From NCBI GenBank assembly GCA_013286365.1, contig JABDFY010000006.1, positions 1,881 through 65,880 of the forward strand: a stretch of DNA of 64,000 nucleotides, read 5' to 3'. Within the stretch, counting starts at the first letter, position 1. Every line of letters starts with the position of its first letter. The position numbers and the translations under genes are program-made. Below are positions 1 to 10,049 of this stretch, one piece after another. The notes under the pieces are model-generated. The model was given only the letters and a program-made list of their open reading frames with translations. It had not been told where the DNA came from and searched no databases. The DNA is from Alphaproteobacteria bacterium. GTDB lineage: Bacteria > Pseudomonadota > Alphaproteobacteria > UBA9219.

Positions 1-744
1 GGGCTTATCTTTTAAATAAGCAAAGGTCGTTTCATCGGGCGCAATCAGTCCAGCGCGCGCGCCCGCTTCAATCGACATATTGCAAATAGTCATGCGCCCT
101 TCCATCGACAGATTGCGAATGGTAGAGCCGGTATATTCGATCACATAACCCGTTCCCCCCGCCGTTCCGATTGTCCCTATGATGGCGAGGATCATGTCTT
201 TGGCTGTCACGCCAAGCGGCAACTCACCTTCGACGTTGACTTGCATGTTTTTAGATCGCCGCGCGATCAATGTTTGCGTTGCCAACACATGCTCAACCTC
301 AGATGTACCAATGCCAAAGGCCAAGGCACCGAAAGCGCCGTGCGTCGCTGTATGGCTGTCGCCACACACAATTGTCATCCCCGGCAAAGTAAAGCCCTGC
401 TCGGGCCCGATGATATGGACAATACCCTGGCGAATATCTTCCATCGAAAAATATTCTATTCCGAACTCAAGCGTATTTTGTTTAAGGGTCTCAACCTGAA
501 TGCGGGATTCTTCTTCCCTTATACCCTTAAGGCGGTCCGGTGAGGTCGGCACATTATGATCGGCCACAGCCAAAGTAGCATCGGGGCGGCGAACCTTGCG
601 ACCCGTTAAGCGCAAACCCTCAAAAGCTTGCGGACTTGTCACTTCATGTACCAGATGACGATCAATATAGAGTAGGCAAGTTCCATCATCCTGCTGATGA
701 ACCAAATGACTTTCCCATATCTTATCATAAAGCGTTTTCGGCAT
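1..744 (-). CDS. leuC: 3-isopropylmalate dehydratase large subunit, N-terminal 248 codons (gene runs off the window start)
   Basis: Absent from the ORF track because it is truncated by the window edge. My reverse-strand translation from ATG 744 reads [46 protein letters not shown]. At the window edge it reads [35 protein letters not shown]. Both are classic LeuC/aconitase-family segments. Confidence 0.9.
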   Translation of the reverse strand, partial: MPKTLYDKIWESHLVHQQDDGTCLLYIDRHLVHEVTSPQAFEGLRLTGRKVRRPDATLAVADHNVPTSPDRLKGIREEESRIQVETLKQNTLEFGIEYFSMEDIRQGIVHIIGPEQGFTLPGMTIVCGDSHTATHGAFGALAFGIGTSEVEHVLATQTLIARRSKNMQVNVEGELPLGVTAKDMILAIIGTIGTAGGTGYVIEYTGSTIRNLSMEGRMTICNMSIEAGARAGLIAPDETTFAYLKDKP

Positions 745-824
745 ATTCAATCCTTTCAGGACATTAACTTAACAAGATATGCCTGCTGAAAACAAGGACT
801 GAGGCAGATTTTTTTAATTGCAGC

Positions 825-1595
825 TCACCTGAGAGCAATCACCGAAATTAAGCTGCCGGCACGTTTTTCACCTGTTATACAGGCGCGGCGGTAACTGAAA
901 AAACGATCTTCATCGCTATAGGTGTCAGCGGGTGAGAACTCGATAAAACCGACTTTTGCGCACCGCAGCTTTGCTTCTATGTAGCCTGGTAGATTAAACA
1001 TGTAGTGATCGGAGCGAAAGGCTGGCCGAAAAAAACGGTCATGCTCGGGGTTCTCGGCTAGAAACGGCGCCGGAAATTCTGGCCCTACTTCATAAGAATT
1101 TTGCCAAATGCAAGGACCAATCGCCACATATATATGGGGAATGCGTGCACCGAGTTTTTCCATGGCTTCAAGTGTGTTTTCGATAATTCCACATAGCGCT
1201 CCCCGCCAACCCGCATGCGCAGCACCTATGACGCCACTTTTGGGATCGACAAAGAGTAACGGCCCACAATCTGCTGTCAAAATGCCAAGCCCAAGACCAG
1301 GCGTTTTGGTCACCATGGCATCGGCTTCAGGACGCGCGTTAGTCGTCCATGGTTCAGTTACCGTCACGACAGTCGGTGAATGAATTTGATAACAGCTCAG
1401 TAGATAATCTGTCTTGATGCCGAGATGATTGGCAACACGGCGACGGTTTTCTGTCGCATTTGAAAATTCTCCATCACCCGAAAAGCCACAATTAAGTGAA
1501 GCATAAATACCCGTGCTTACCCCGCCCTTGCGCGTGAAAAAACCGTGCCCTACAGAAGAAAAACTATTGAAACTTTCAGCCAACAGAACATCCAT
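825..1595 (-). CDS. pgeF: YfiH/PgeF-family laccase-domain protein (DUF152, peptidoglycan editing factor / purine nucleoside phosphorylase-like)
   Basis: 256-aa ORF with the family motifs QIHSPTVV, DAMVT, LTADCGPLLF and AHAGWRG. Confidence 0.8.
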   Translation of the reverse strand: MDVLLAESFNSFSSVGHGFFTRKGGVSTGIYASLNCGFSGDGEFSNATENRRRVANHLGIKTDYLLSCYQIHSPTVVTVTEPWTTNARPEADAMVTKTPGLGLGILTADCGPLLFVDPKSGVIGAAHAGWRGALCGIIENTLEAMEKLGARIPHIYVAIGPCIWQNSYEVGPEFPAPFLAENPEHDRFFRPAFRSDHYMFNLPGYIEAKLRCAKVGFIEFSPADTYSDEDRFFSYRRACITGEKRAGSLISVIALR

Positions 1596-1597
1596 AA

Positions 1598-2671
1598 TCA
1601 GAACCCAGCCATTGTTTCTTGTTTCTGTGATGCGATACCAAGCGTCTTGAAAAGACTTCCCATTTGCGAGGGGTCCGTCAATCTGTGCAAAGCTTGATCG
1701 ATCTCTTTGCTGTGCTCTTGAGATGCCGTGTGTTTGAGTTGAATGGCGCGCACTTCAATGCCAAGAGATTTGAGAAACTCGCCTTGCCCGAGAGGACCAA
1801 AAACCCGGACTTCGTTCGCTGATGCAATTTGCTTAAGTGCATGAAAATCAACATGGGCCGTAATATCGATCTCTCCCGGTCGCGACAACACATCGACAAA
1901 ATTATGCCCAGCGAGCGCCTGCAGTGTTCCTTGGCCCGCAAATGCGGCATAGCCATAATCGATGATCAAAGCAGCCCCGCCAAATCGAGAAATATGGGAT
2001 GCTAGCGTGCGTATTAGAGACAATGACGCCATGGAAAATTCGTATATGGCGCCTACATTAACTTCGCGGCGCTCTTCAGGTATCATCATAAGAAACGCCG
2101 GATCGGGTGCCGAAAGAGTGAAGACAAATCTATTCGCTTCCACTGCAACCAGCCTTTCACACCAGCCGTGGGCCGTTTTCTCAAACTGACGAACTGGCAA
2201 TGCATCAAAAAATTCGTTAGCCAGCACAATCGTCGGAAGCTCGGGTAAATTGCTAAGGCTATCGATATGCTTTGGACGATGCGATTTTAATCTATCGGAC
2301 TGCATTGATCGCAAAGCCGTGCTACTTTCGAGTAAGTAAAGCCGCATTGCTTGGTGTAATCCTTTGATTTTGATCGTTGCCCGCAGGGCATCTTCAAGCA
2401 ACGTTCCCCTACCTGGTCCAAGCTCGAGTAGAATAAATTCGGACGGGCTGTCTATTTGGTGCCAAACATCCGCCCACCACAGACCTATCATTTCACCGAA
2501 CATCTGGCTTATTTCAGGAGCGGTAATAAAATCGCCGCTTTTGCCGAGCGGGTCATGATGGCGATAATAGCCGTATTCGGGATGCTGCAGAGCTAATTCC
2601 ATATAGCGCGCAATGGATAGTGGGCCGTTCTTCTCTATCAGCTCTCGAATATAGTCACTAAGACCGCTCAT
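1598..2671 (-). CDS. Class I SAM-dependent methyltransferase, DUF185 / MidA-NDUFAF7 type
   Basis: Motifs FITAPEISQMFGE and LLELGPGRGTL. Start moved to ATG 2671 (MSGLSDYIRE), 1 nt after the lgt stop. The track ORF extends to 2728 and would overlap lgt. Confidence 0.75.
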   Translation of the reverse strand: MSGLSDYIRELIEKNGPLSIARYMELALQHPEYGYYRHHDPLGKSGDFITAPEISQMFGEMIGLWWADVWHQIDSPSEFILLELGPGRGTLLEDALRATIKIKGLHQAMRLYLLESSTALRSMQSDRLKSHRPKHIDSLSNLPELPTIVLANEFFDALPVRQFEKTAHGWCERLVAVEANRFVFTLSAPDPAFLMMIPEERREVNVGAIYEFSMASLSLIRTLASHISRFGGAALIIDYGYAAFAGQGTLQALAGHNFVDVLSRPGEIDITAHVDFHALKQIASANEVRVFGPLGQGEFLKSLGIEVRAIQLKHTASQEHSKEIDQALHRLTDPSQMGSLFKTLGIASQKQETMAGF

Positions 2672-2672
2672 T

Positions 2673-3479
2673 TTACTTAAGTCGAGACTTCGTTCGTTTC
2701 TCAGACCAGAGAATAATGTAAAGGCCAAATAACATCATTGGAACGCATAGCAGTTGGCCCATCGTTGTCCCACCATAGATAAAACCAAGCTGTTGATCCG
2801 GTTCACGAAAGAATTCAACCACACTACGAAAAAGGCCGTAGCAAAATAAAAAACTGCCGGAAATAAAACCAATACGAGCTCGTATTTTTGGTTTTCGTGA
2901 CAACCAAAATAGGATGAGGAACAGAACTATACCTTCTAAAAAAGCCTCATAGAGCTGACTGGGGTGGCGTGGTTGGTCACCCCCGCGTGGAAAGATAATT
3001 GCCCAGGAAACATTGGTGACGCGCCCGTATAGCTCGCCATTCACGAAATTGGCCAAACGGCCAAGAAATAGTCCGATCGGCGTAACGCAAGCGAGAATAT
3101 CCGTAAATGCAAAAAAACTCATTTTGTGGCGATTTGTGAATAGCCAAGCAGCTGCAATGACACCCAACATGCCACCATGAAATGACATGCCGCCATGCCA
3201 AACTTCAGCCATTTCTGTAGGATGCGAAAAATAATAATCAGGCTGATAAAAGAGGATGTAACCGATACGACCGCCAAGAACGACGCCGATAACCGCCCAA
3301 GTCAGAAATTCGTCATAGAGTTCTGCCGCAGGTCCTTTGGTGTTTTGGCGGGCAAGATAAAGACAATAGCGCCAGCCAATGATAAACCCGGCGAGATAAG
3401 CTAGTGCATACCAACGAATTACCAACGGCCCAAAAGAGGCGGCGACTGGATCAAGTGGTGGAAAAGCAAAAGCAAACAT
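2673..3479 (-). CDS. lgt: Prolipoprotein diacylglyceryl transferase
   Basis: Motifs IRWYALAYLAGF, WHGGMSFHGGMLG, GRLANFVNGELYGR and HPSQLYEA. Start moved to ATG 3479 (MFAFAFPP), which is preceded by GAGG. The track ORF extends to 3557. Confidence 0.9.
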   Translation of the reverse strand: MFAFAFPPLDPVAASFGPLVIRWYALAYLAGFIIGWRYCLYLARQNTKGPAAELYDEFLTWAVIGVVLGGRIGYILFYQPDYYFSHPTEMAEVWHGGMSFHGGMLGVIAAAWLFTNRHKMSFFAFTDILACVTPIGLFLGRLANFVNGELYGRVTNVSWAIIFPRGGDQPRHPSQLYEAFLEGIVLFLILFWLSRKPKIRARIGFISGSFLFCYGLFRSVVEFFREPDQQLGFIYGGTTMGQLLCVPMMLFGLYIILWSEKRTKSRLK

Positions 3480-3574
3480 GGATAGCCTCAATCGATAGAT
3501 GCAATGCGCTGCGGTGGATGCTATACTAAAGACGCTCATTATAGAAGGAGAAGTCACTGCCCAAAAATCAGACC

Positions 3575-3886
3575 TTGATTGAAGATGTTATGACGTTAGG
3601 CGGCAATATTCTTGGCAATATTCTCAGCGCACGCCATGATTTTAAGACAAACAGCAAACGCCGTATCGATCAAATAACGCGCCGACTAGATCTTGTCAGC
3701 CGCAGCGAATTTGATGCCGCCTTCGGGATGCTGGCTAAAGCGCGGGTCATGCAGGAACTACTCGACGAGCGTCTGGTGGCAATAGAGGCCAAAATTGGCG
3801 TGTCAAGCAAAAGATCGGCAAAGAATGAAGGCTCGCAAGGTTTACGAAGTGTTAAAAAGAAGGCGCACGGTAAAAGAGGCGCTTAA
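3575..3886 (+). CDS. ubiK: UbiK/YqiC (BMFP)-family accessory factor, coiled-coil
   Basis: The segment RLDLVSRSEFDAAFGMLAKARVMQELLDERLVAIEAKI resembles the UbiK family. The track start is TTG 3575; ATG 3590 is an alternative start. Confidence 0.6.
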   Translation: MIEDVMTLGGNILGNILSARHDFKTNSKRRIDQITRRLDLVSRSEFDAAFGMLAKARVMQELLDERLVAIEAKIGVSSKRSAKNEGSQGLRSVKKKAHGKRGA

Positions 3887-4058
3887 TCGATTCAAGACTC
3901 TGAAATGATTCAAAATATTGAGTCATTTGAATCCGTTAGCGGAATGAAAATAGATACCATAGTGTCAACGTTGTGTGACTCAAAAAACACTGAAGGCAAC
4001 AGAGTGAATCCGGGGATTCACAGACTCTTGCGGCGCAGTTGTAAAGTTTGATAGGTGA

Positions 4059-4592
4059 ATGTCCTCTACTCCCAAGGAGGCGCTCCACATGTCGTTCCTG
4101 TCGGCTCACGATCACGGACTTCAATCCAACCCTCTCGATATACTCGAAGACATCGTAACCGCTAATGAATGGCTGTTTGATCGCTCAAACGATGACGAGC
4201 TTATCGTTGAACTTGCTGGTCGTTGGTGCCATTACCGTATGTTCTTTGTCTGGCAACGCGAAATTGGAACCCTACAATTTTCCTGTCAGTTTGATATGCG
4301 CGTGCCCGACGCGAAACGTAGCGATGTGCATGACTTGCTTGCGATGCTCAACAATCGCTTATGGCTAGGACATTTCGACCTTGAGACGCAGCAAAATACC
4401 CCCCTCTTCCGCTACACGGTGCTTACACGTGGTGAGCGTATGCCAGGCGTTGAGATGCTAGAAGATCTGGTTGAAATCGCCCTAACTGAATGTGAGCGAT
4501 TCTATCCGGCATTTCAGTTTGTCATTTGGGGCGGTAAACGTCCTGGTGAGGCTATGGCGGCCTCGATGATAGATACCGCGGGACAAGCTTAG
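4059..4592 (+). CDS. YbjN-domain (putative sensory transduction/chaperone-like) protein
   Basis: 177 aa. The segment PLDILEDIVTANEWLFDRSNDDELIVELAGRW...FFVW resembles YbjN-domain proteins, which commonly lie next to proC in alphaproteobacteria (from memory). Confidence 0.5.
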   Translation: MSSTPKEALHMSFLSAHDHGLQSNPLDILEDIVTANEWLFDRSNDDELIVELAGRWCHYRMFFVWQREIGTLQFSCQFDMRVPDAKRSDVHDLLAMLNNRLWLGHFDLETQQNTPLFRYTVLTRGERMPGVEMLEDLVEIALTECERFYPAFQFVIWGGKRPGEAMAASMIDTAGQA

Positions 4593-4664
4593 CTTTTCCA
4601 TTTGGTCAAGACTCCAGCCGGATTCTTGTTTTCACAAGGATAGAGCTGATGCTAGTAACGATGC

Positions 4665-5465
4665 ATGGCAAAACTTCTCCTTATCGGTTGTGGCAAGATG
4701 GGTGGAGCGCTTCTAAAGCGTGCCGCAGGGGAAATTGCCACAGTCACGCACGTCGTAGACCCCCTTGCTCCAACGGATGATTTAAAGTCACTACCTGGCG
4801 TAAAATGGTATGCCACACTGGATAATTTAGACGCGGCGTTCATCCCTGATCTTGCCGTGATTGCCCTAAAACCGCAGGTCATGACCAAGACGCTTCCAGC
4901 CTATGGACGTTATAGCAGCACTCCCTTTTTATCTGTCGCAGCCGGGCAAACAATGGCTCGTCTTGCGACCCTCCTTGGCAATGACAATCATGCAATAGTT
5001 CGTGCGATGCCGAATTTAGCAGCCAGCGTCAACGCAAGTATGACGGTGGCGGTTGCCAATAAGAATGTCACTCAAACTCAAAGAGATCTGTGCGATGGAC
5101 TGTTGAGTTGTGTGGGTCAAGTGGCTTGGCTTAAGGATGAGGCGCTCATGGATGCGGTGACAGCTCTTTCTGGCAGTGGGCCTGCCTATGTGTTCGCTCT
5201 GGCTGAGGCCATGGCCGAGGCGGGTAAAAAATTGGGTCTAACCCATGAACTTTCAGAGCAGCTGGCGCGCCAAACTATTATTGGCAGCGGCGCCTTATTA
5301 GCCCAGTCATCTGAGAGTATGGCGGCTTTGCGTATGGCAGTGACCAGTCCAGGAGGTACGACCGAAGCAGCGCTTAAATACCTATTAGCAGATACTGGGC
5401 TAGGCAATTTAATTGAGATGGCTATGACCGCAGCCAGGCGCAGAGCAAAAGAGCTAGCAGAATAA
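4665..5465 (+). CDS. proC: Pyrroline-5-carboxylate reductase
   Basis: N-terminal Rossmann motif LIGCGKMGGAL and the signature VTSPGGTTEAAL. Confidence 0.9.
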   Translation: MAKLLLIGCGKMGGALLKRAAGEIATVTHVVDPLAPTDDLKSLPGVKWYATLDNLDAAFIPDLAVIALKPQVMTKTLPAYGRYSSTPFLSVAAGQTMARLATLLGNDNHAIVRAMPNLAASVNASMTVAVANKNVTQTQRDLCDGLLSCVGQVAWLKDEALMDAVTALSGSGPAYVFALAEAMAEAGKKLGLTHELSEQLARQTIIGSGALLAQSSESMAALRMAVTSPGGTTEAALKYLLADTGLGNLIEMAMTAARRRAKELAE

Positions 5466-5539
5466 TTCGGTTATAAACATTGATCTTAGAGCCAAGTGAT
5501 TATATCGTATCCTTATTCAAAATACGCTAAAGTAGCGAT

Positions 5540-6115
5540 ATGACAAAACAATCAATAGAAAAAAAGATCTGCGACGCGGCGTTAAAATTATCGGCAAGCC
5601 ATCACTGGCAAACTTTAACTTTGCAGCAAATTTCTAAAACCGCCAAAGTACCTCTCACAGAAACAAAAAAAATATTTACCAATAAGGCAGATATTCTTCC
5701 CGAAATCGTTCATCAAATCGATGATGAGGTTGTCCGGATTGGTAAAATTAATGCCCGCAATTCGCCTCATGACCGCCTTTTCGAAGTTATGATGGCACGT
5801 TTCGATATCTTACAGTCTCACCGTGAGGGAGTTTTGGCCATCTTTGCCGCGACCAAAAGAAGCCCTCCCTTGGCATTGCCGATATTGCAAGCGCAGTGGC
5901 AATCTATGCCAAAGATGCTTAAGCTAGCCCATCTCGTCCCCAAGGGTATTCCCTCTTCAGCCATGTGTTTCGGTTTACTTGCTATTTATCAACTGACGCT
6001 CTGCGTATGGCTCAAGGATGGGACAGTCGATATGTCAAAAACCATGGCCGTACTTGACCGCAGGCTGCGCTATGCAGGATATCTTTCTGAGTTTTTCTTT
6101 CACAATCACAACTAG
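5540..6115 (+). CDS. TetR/AcrR-family transcriptional regulator (tentative)
   Basis: 191 aa with an N-terminal HTH-like segment, ICDAALKLSASHHWQTLTLQQISKTAKVPL. The C-terminus is not recognisable. Confidence 0.45.
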   Translation: MTKQSIEKKICDAALKLSASHHWQTLTLQQISKTAKVPLTETKKIFTNKADILPEIVHQIDDEVVRIGKINARNSPHDRLFEVMMARFDILQSHREGVLAIFAATKRSPPLALPILQAQWQSMPKMLKLAHLVPKGIPSSAMCFGLLAIYQLTLCVWLKDGTVDMSKTMAVLDRRLRYAGYLSEFFFHNHN

Positions 6116-6285
6116 TTAGCTATAACTACCCTTACAAGCCTAAGTAATTATTTGTGCAATGCAAAAATACCGTGACAAAAGAAGAGGAAAGCGGCATATA
6201 TTAACCTTAAATAACGGCCAAGGACCGCGAAATTCCAATGGGCAAAGCGCCTAATTTTGTTATCCAAGAGCGAGAGGACACAACT

Positions 6286-6798
6286 ATGTCGAAGCCAGCC
6301 AGTAATCCATTCTTCGAAACAGATTTTTCGAAGCTTATGGACATGTCCAAAATGATGGACATGAGTAAAATGATGGACATGAGTAAGATGATGGATATGA
6401 GCAAAATGATGGGTGAATTTAAGATGCCTACATTTAACTTTGAATCGTTAATTGCTGCACAGCGACGCAACATTGAATTCATTACCGCCCTTAACCAGGC
6501 TGTATTTGAAAATGTTCAGGCCATAGGCCGTCGCCAAGCGGAATTAGTTAAACAAGGCTTTGAGGAAACCACGAACATGGTTAACGCCGTAATGTCCTCT
6601 GAAACTCCAGAAGATAAGGTTATCAAGCAAGCGGAAATGTCAAAAGCGGCTGTGGATAAGTGCATGTCCAACATCCGTGAGATAACCGAGGCCGTTACTA
6701 AGTGCAATTGCCAGACTATGGAAACTGTTAGCAATCGTATGAGCGAAGGACTGGAAGAGCTACGCGGTATTATCAAAAACGGCCGCGCCGCCGCATAA
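6286..6798 (+). CDS. Phasin-family (PHA granule-associated) protein with N-terminal MMDMSK repeats
   Basis: The segment FESLIAAQRRNIEFITALNQAVFENVQAIGRRQAELVKQGFEE is typical of alphaproteobacterial phasins. Start placed at ATG 6286, preceded by GAGAGGA. The track ORF starts at 6238. Confidence 0.7.
   Translation: MSKPASNPFFETDFSKLMDMSKMMDMSKMMDMSKMMDMSKMMGEFKMPTFNFESLIAAQRRNIEFITALNQAVFENVQAIGRRQAELVKQGFEETTNMVNAVMSSETPEDKVIKQAEMSKAAVDKCMSNIREITEAVTKCNCQTMETVSNRMSEGLEELRGIIKNGRAAA
6334..6423 (+). repeat. In-frame 18-bp tandem repeat, 4 good copies plus 1 degenerate, encoding (M/L)MDMSK
   Basis: Read directly: cttatggacatgtccaaa / atgatggacatgagtaaa / atgatggacatgagtaag / atgatggatatgagcaaa / atgatgggtgaatttaag. 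Confidence 0.95.
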
Positions 6799-6822
6799 TT
6801 TCTCTTTTATTTCACAAGAATT

Positions 6823-6848
6823 GGCGCGAGAAATCTCGCGCCTTTTTT
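6823..6848 (+). terminator. Rho-independent terminator after the phasin gene
   Basis: GGCGCGAG-aaat-CTCGCGCC forms a perfect 8-bp GC-rich stem and is followed by TTTTTT. Confidence 0.85.
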
Positions 6849-6863
6849 GTTGGAGATATACAG

Positions 6864-7202
6864 ATGGATACGATTGCCTATAGTGATTTCGAGAAAGTTG
6901 AGATCCGCGTCGGAACTATTATAAAAGTTGACCCTTTTCCTGAGGCACGCAAACCTGCTTATAAGTTGACGATCGATTTCGGGACAGATTTTGGCACCAA
7001 ACGGAGTTCTGCTCAAATTACGAAACACTATGCCCCAGAAGCTCTCCTTGGCCGCCAAGTTGCCGCTGTCGTTAATTTTCCGCCGCGCCAAATTGGGCCT
7101 TTTATGTCGGAAGTTTTAACTTTAGGTTTTCCCGACAGTGAAGGTGGCGTTGTCCTGATAAGTCCAACACTTGCTGTACCAAATGGTGGAAAATTATTCT
7201 AA
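6864..7202 (+). CDS. csaA: CsaA-type tRNA-binding domain protein
   Basis: 112 aa with FEKVEIRVGTI, KLTIDFG and GRQVAAVVNFPPRQIGPFMSEVL, typical of the tRNA_bind/CsaA family. GGAG lies upstream of the ATG. Confidence 0.8.
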   Translation: MDTIAYSDFEKVEIRVGTIIKVDPFPEARKPAYKLTIDFGTDFGTKRSSAQITKHYAPEALLGRQVAAVVNFPPRQIGPFMSEVLTLGFPDSEGGVVLISPTLAVPNGGKLF

Positions 7203-7203
7203 G

Positions 7204-8559
7204 CTATATCGGCAACCAAATCCTTGCCCTCAGGCCGCCCAAAGGACTGGTTTCAAGCACAACATCACCGCCATGATAGCGTGCAATATCGCGCGCGATG
7301 GTCAAACCTAGCCCTACGCCGCCGGTTGTCGGATTGCGAGATTCGTCAAGCCGCAAGAAGGGACGAAAGACTTCTTCGCGCTGTGAGACATCTATTCCTG
7401 GCCCATCATCATCAATCACAATATCAATGGCGTGATCACGCAAAGCAACGTTGACTAGCGCCTGTTTTCCATAACGCAAAGCATTACTAATCAGATTAAT
7501 CAGGCATCTCTTCATAGCGTGGCGGCGGACCATAATACTGACGCCCTCCGGAACATTCAAAATAATGTGCGGTTTTTGCCGATGCGTAAGTGAAACAATT
7601 TCTGCCAACAGCTCGCTAAGATTAACCTGAACAACAGGTTCAGCCTCCTCCCCGCGCGCAAAAGCGAGGTAAGCCTCGAGCATCGTCTCCATATCGGTTA
7701 TATCTGTTGTAAATTCCTGTTTTTCAGGACTATCTGGCATAAGCGCTAATTGTAACTTCATACGCGTCAGTGGCGTACGCAAATCATGAGATACGCCAGC
7801 TAACATCGCCGTTCGTTGCGTAATTTGACGTCGCAAACGGTCACGCATAACAAGAAGTGCAGCCGCAGCTTGCCGCACTTCTGCTGCACCTTCTGGTTTA
7901 AACCATGGCACTTCACGGCCCTTACCTATAGCTTCGGCCGCCTCGGCTAATCGACGGATCGGTTTGATTTGATTGCGCATAAACAATAAGGCAATGAGAG
8001 ATAGCAGCAAAGAACTGCTGATCATCCAAATGATAAAAACTTCCGTAGTCGGCGTGTAAATCCGACGCTCGGGTGATTGGATCGTATAAATACCTTCCGG
8101 CGTTTCTATACGTACAGCAATCATTTCTGGTGCTGCACGCATATCAATATTGTAGGGATATTTTATGCGATCGTCGAGAGCACGCTTCAACATATTTTCT
8201 AATGGATTAAGCGTATCGTGTTGTGTCTCGGATAAGAGCATCTTAGGAGAAAATGTTACAAAGAGATCCATTTTTTCCGAAGCCAAATTTACGATATAGG
8301 CTGTATTTTCTGGCGAATGGCTATGACGTATCAGCTCAACAATCGCTGCCATATCACCGGCTACCGCATAAGTCATGCGATGTGTAACTGTATACCAATG
8401 ACGATCAAAAAACACGAAAGTAGCCATAGCTAAAGCTAAGATCGTGGGCGTAACTACAATTAATAAGGTGCGGCCAAATAAACTGCGCGGCAGCATTCGC
8501 TTAAAACGCAATAGAATCGGAACCTTACGATTAATTGTTTGTGATGACGTATCAACCAT
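7204..8559 (-). CDS. EnvZ-like sensor histidine kinase
   Basis: Two TM segments, a HAMP-like region, the H-box SHDLRTPLT, and ATPase boxes NLISNALRYG, DDDGPGI and GGVGLGLTIA. The start overlaps the ompR-like stop by 1 nt. Confidence 0.85.
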   Translation of the reverse strand: MVDTSSQTINRKVPILLRFKRMLPRSLFGRTLLIVVTPTILALAMATFVFFDRHWYTVTHRMTYAVAGDMAAIVELIRHSHSPENTAYIVNLASEKMDLFVTFSPKMLLSETQHDTLNPLENMLKRALDDRIKYPYNIDMRAAPEMIAVRIETPEGIYTIQSPERRIYTPTTEVFIIWMISSSLLLSLIALLFMRNQIKPIRRLAEAAEAIGKGREVPWFKPEGAAEVRQAAAALLVMRDRLRRQITQRTAMLAGVSHDLRTPLTRMKLQLALMPDSPEKQEFTTDITDMETMLEAYLAFARGEEAEPVVQVNLSELLAEIVSLTHRQKPHIILNVPEGVSIMVRRHAMKRCLINLISNALRYGKQALVNVALRDHAIDIVIDDDGPGIDVSQREEVFRPFLRLDESRNPTTGGVGLGLTIARDIARYHGGDVVLETSPLGGLRARIWLPI

Positions 8560-9281
8560 TAATCGATATCCGGCATAAGCATGTAGCCCTCGCCTCTTAC
8601 TGTAATAAGGTAGCGCGGATTTTTGACGTCAGTTTCAATCTTGCGACGCAGTCGCGTAACTTGCACGTCAATGGTTCGGCCACTAACAGTACCTTTACTA
8701 CGCTCGCTCAGGGCTTCTCGGCTAATAACAACACCAGGCTCGGCCGCTAATACACGCATCAATCCAGCCTCCATGTCGGTCAATCTGATGGTTTCCTCGC
8801 CCGAGCGCAATTCATCACGCTGGAAATTATAGAACCAACGGCCCAGCTTAAGATCAGGCATAGCTATCGGCGGTTTAGGTATTCGTCGCAATATGGAATT
8901 GATGCGTAACAGTAATTCGCGCGGCTCAAAAGGTTTGGGTAGATAATCGTCAGCCCCGACTTCGAGGCCTATAATCCTATCGCTAGGCTCACCGCGCGCA
9001 GTTAAAAGAAGAATTGGTAATTGTTTGACCTGAGATTTGGTATCTTCGTGCAGCGAACGCGTTAGCTCTAAGCCAGTTTCCCCTGGCATCATAACGTCCA
9101 GCACCATTATATCGTAACTCAGATTTTTTAGCTTACCACGAGCGTCGGCAGCATTAGGCGCCGTCGTAACAATAAACCCCTGCTCAGCCAAATAACGGCG
9201 CAAAAGCTCGCGCAACCTGTCATCATCGTCGACAACCAGGATATGTGGTTTGAGCGCTGGCGTACGTATAGAATTTAGCAT
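8559..9281 (-). CDS. ompR: OmpR-family response regulator
   Basis: Receiver motifs HILVVDDD, LDVMMPG and LLTARG. The winged-helix C-terminus carries VQVTRLRRKIE and TVRGEGY. Confidence 0.85.
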   Translation of the reverse strand: MLNSIRTPALKPHILVVDDDDRLRELLRRYLAEQGFIVTTAPNAADARGKLKNLSYDIMVLDVMMPGETGLELTRSLHEDTKSQVKQLPILLLTARGEPSDRIIGLEVGADDYLPKPFEPRELLLRINSILRRIPKPPIAMPDLKLGRWFYNFQRDELRSGEETIRLTDMEAGLMRVLAAEPGVVISREALSERSKGTVSGRTIDVQVTRLRRKIETDVKNPRYLITVRGEGYMLMPDID

Positions 9282-9436
9282 CTAACCTTCGTGTTTCAGC
9301 TGTTCGATCCATTTAATCACAACCTTATGATCAACGATAGTCAGCACTTATCAGATCATTTACCCGCGCACACCGGCGAGATATGGCATCTTCCCTTGAC
9401 AGTAAATGTTTGGATCCTCATTAATGCACTGGAAAT

Positions 9437-9511
9437 GGGTGCGTAGCTCAGCGGCAGAGCATTACCTTCACACGGTAGGGGTCACAGGTTCAATCCCTGT
9501 CGCACCCACCA
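9437..9511 (+). tRNA. tRNA-Val (anticodon CAC), CCA encoded
   Basis: Cloverleaf folded by hand: acceptor GGGTGCG/CGCACCC, D arm GCTC-AGCGGCA-GAGC, anticodon arm TTACC-TTCACAC-GGTAG (anticodon CAC at 9469-9471), T arm ACAGG-TTCAATC-CCTGT, then ACCA. Confidence 0.95.
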
Positions 9512-10049
9512 CGCTTTTCAATGGGTTAGCTTTTTGAAGGAGGCTAAAAATTATTACAGATATCATAATCGGGTTCGAGTGTACGCCTTGGACAGCTGGA
9601 AGGGCTTCATCTAAGTCCGTCATTCACGTCAATCCTTGGCTAGGAGAGGCGCGCAAACTTCCGTCTAAACAATCTTTCCAGAGCCAGCTATTTATCTTTG
9701 ATAAAATAGACATTTTTATGAGCCTAAATAGAAATTAGTGTTATAATTCTAGAGACTAAACTATCAATTCGGTGAGCATGGACTTTGCCACGTAGGATGT
9801 AATATATCCATTCCGACTTCCCGACAGCCTCTTTCGGCTGAATAATTCCAATGGGCTTTACTATCTGTTTCTGGCTGTGATTAAGCTTTATATCTTATAT
9901 AAATCGCGGAAAAACGAGGCTAGAATTTACTATTATGGTTAAAATCGGAGGTATTGTTAACGCACCTCTGCCCCAATCATCATATTTGATTGTGAAAATA
10001 ATAACACCTTCTATACAGTATAAAAATATTCAAATTCGGAGGCTTATAT

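Noticed and set aside
179-543. Plus-strand ORFs 179-499 and 241-543 in the track
   Set aside because: They lie antisense to a clearly readable leuC coding sequence and have no recognisable features. They are shadow ORFs.
3887-4058. Near-palindromes (gattcaaa...tttgaatc and gtgaatcc-gg-ggattcac) between ubiK and the YbjN-like gene
   Set aside because: The stems are short with a 2-nt loop or an interrupted arm, and no T-tract follows. This is not enough to call a terminator or an operator.
6207-6482. Minus-strand ORF with an ILLMSI repeat, and the question of whether the 18-bp repeats are a CRISPR-like array
   Set aside because: The repeats are contiguous with no spacers, are only 18 bp long and are in frame with the phasin gene. 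The antisense ORF is simply the mirror image of that repeat.
9512-10049. Expected integrase next to tRNA-Val
   Set aside because: No ORF of 60 aa or more appears in any frame of the track, and I could not read any tyrosine-recombinase motif. I report it as absent or undetectable rather than call a pseudogene.
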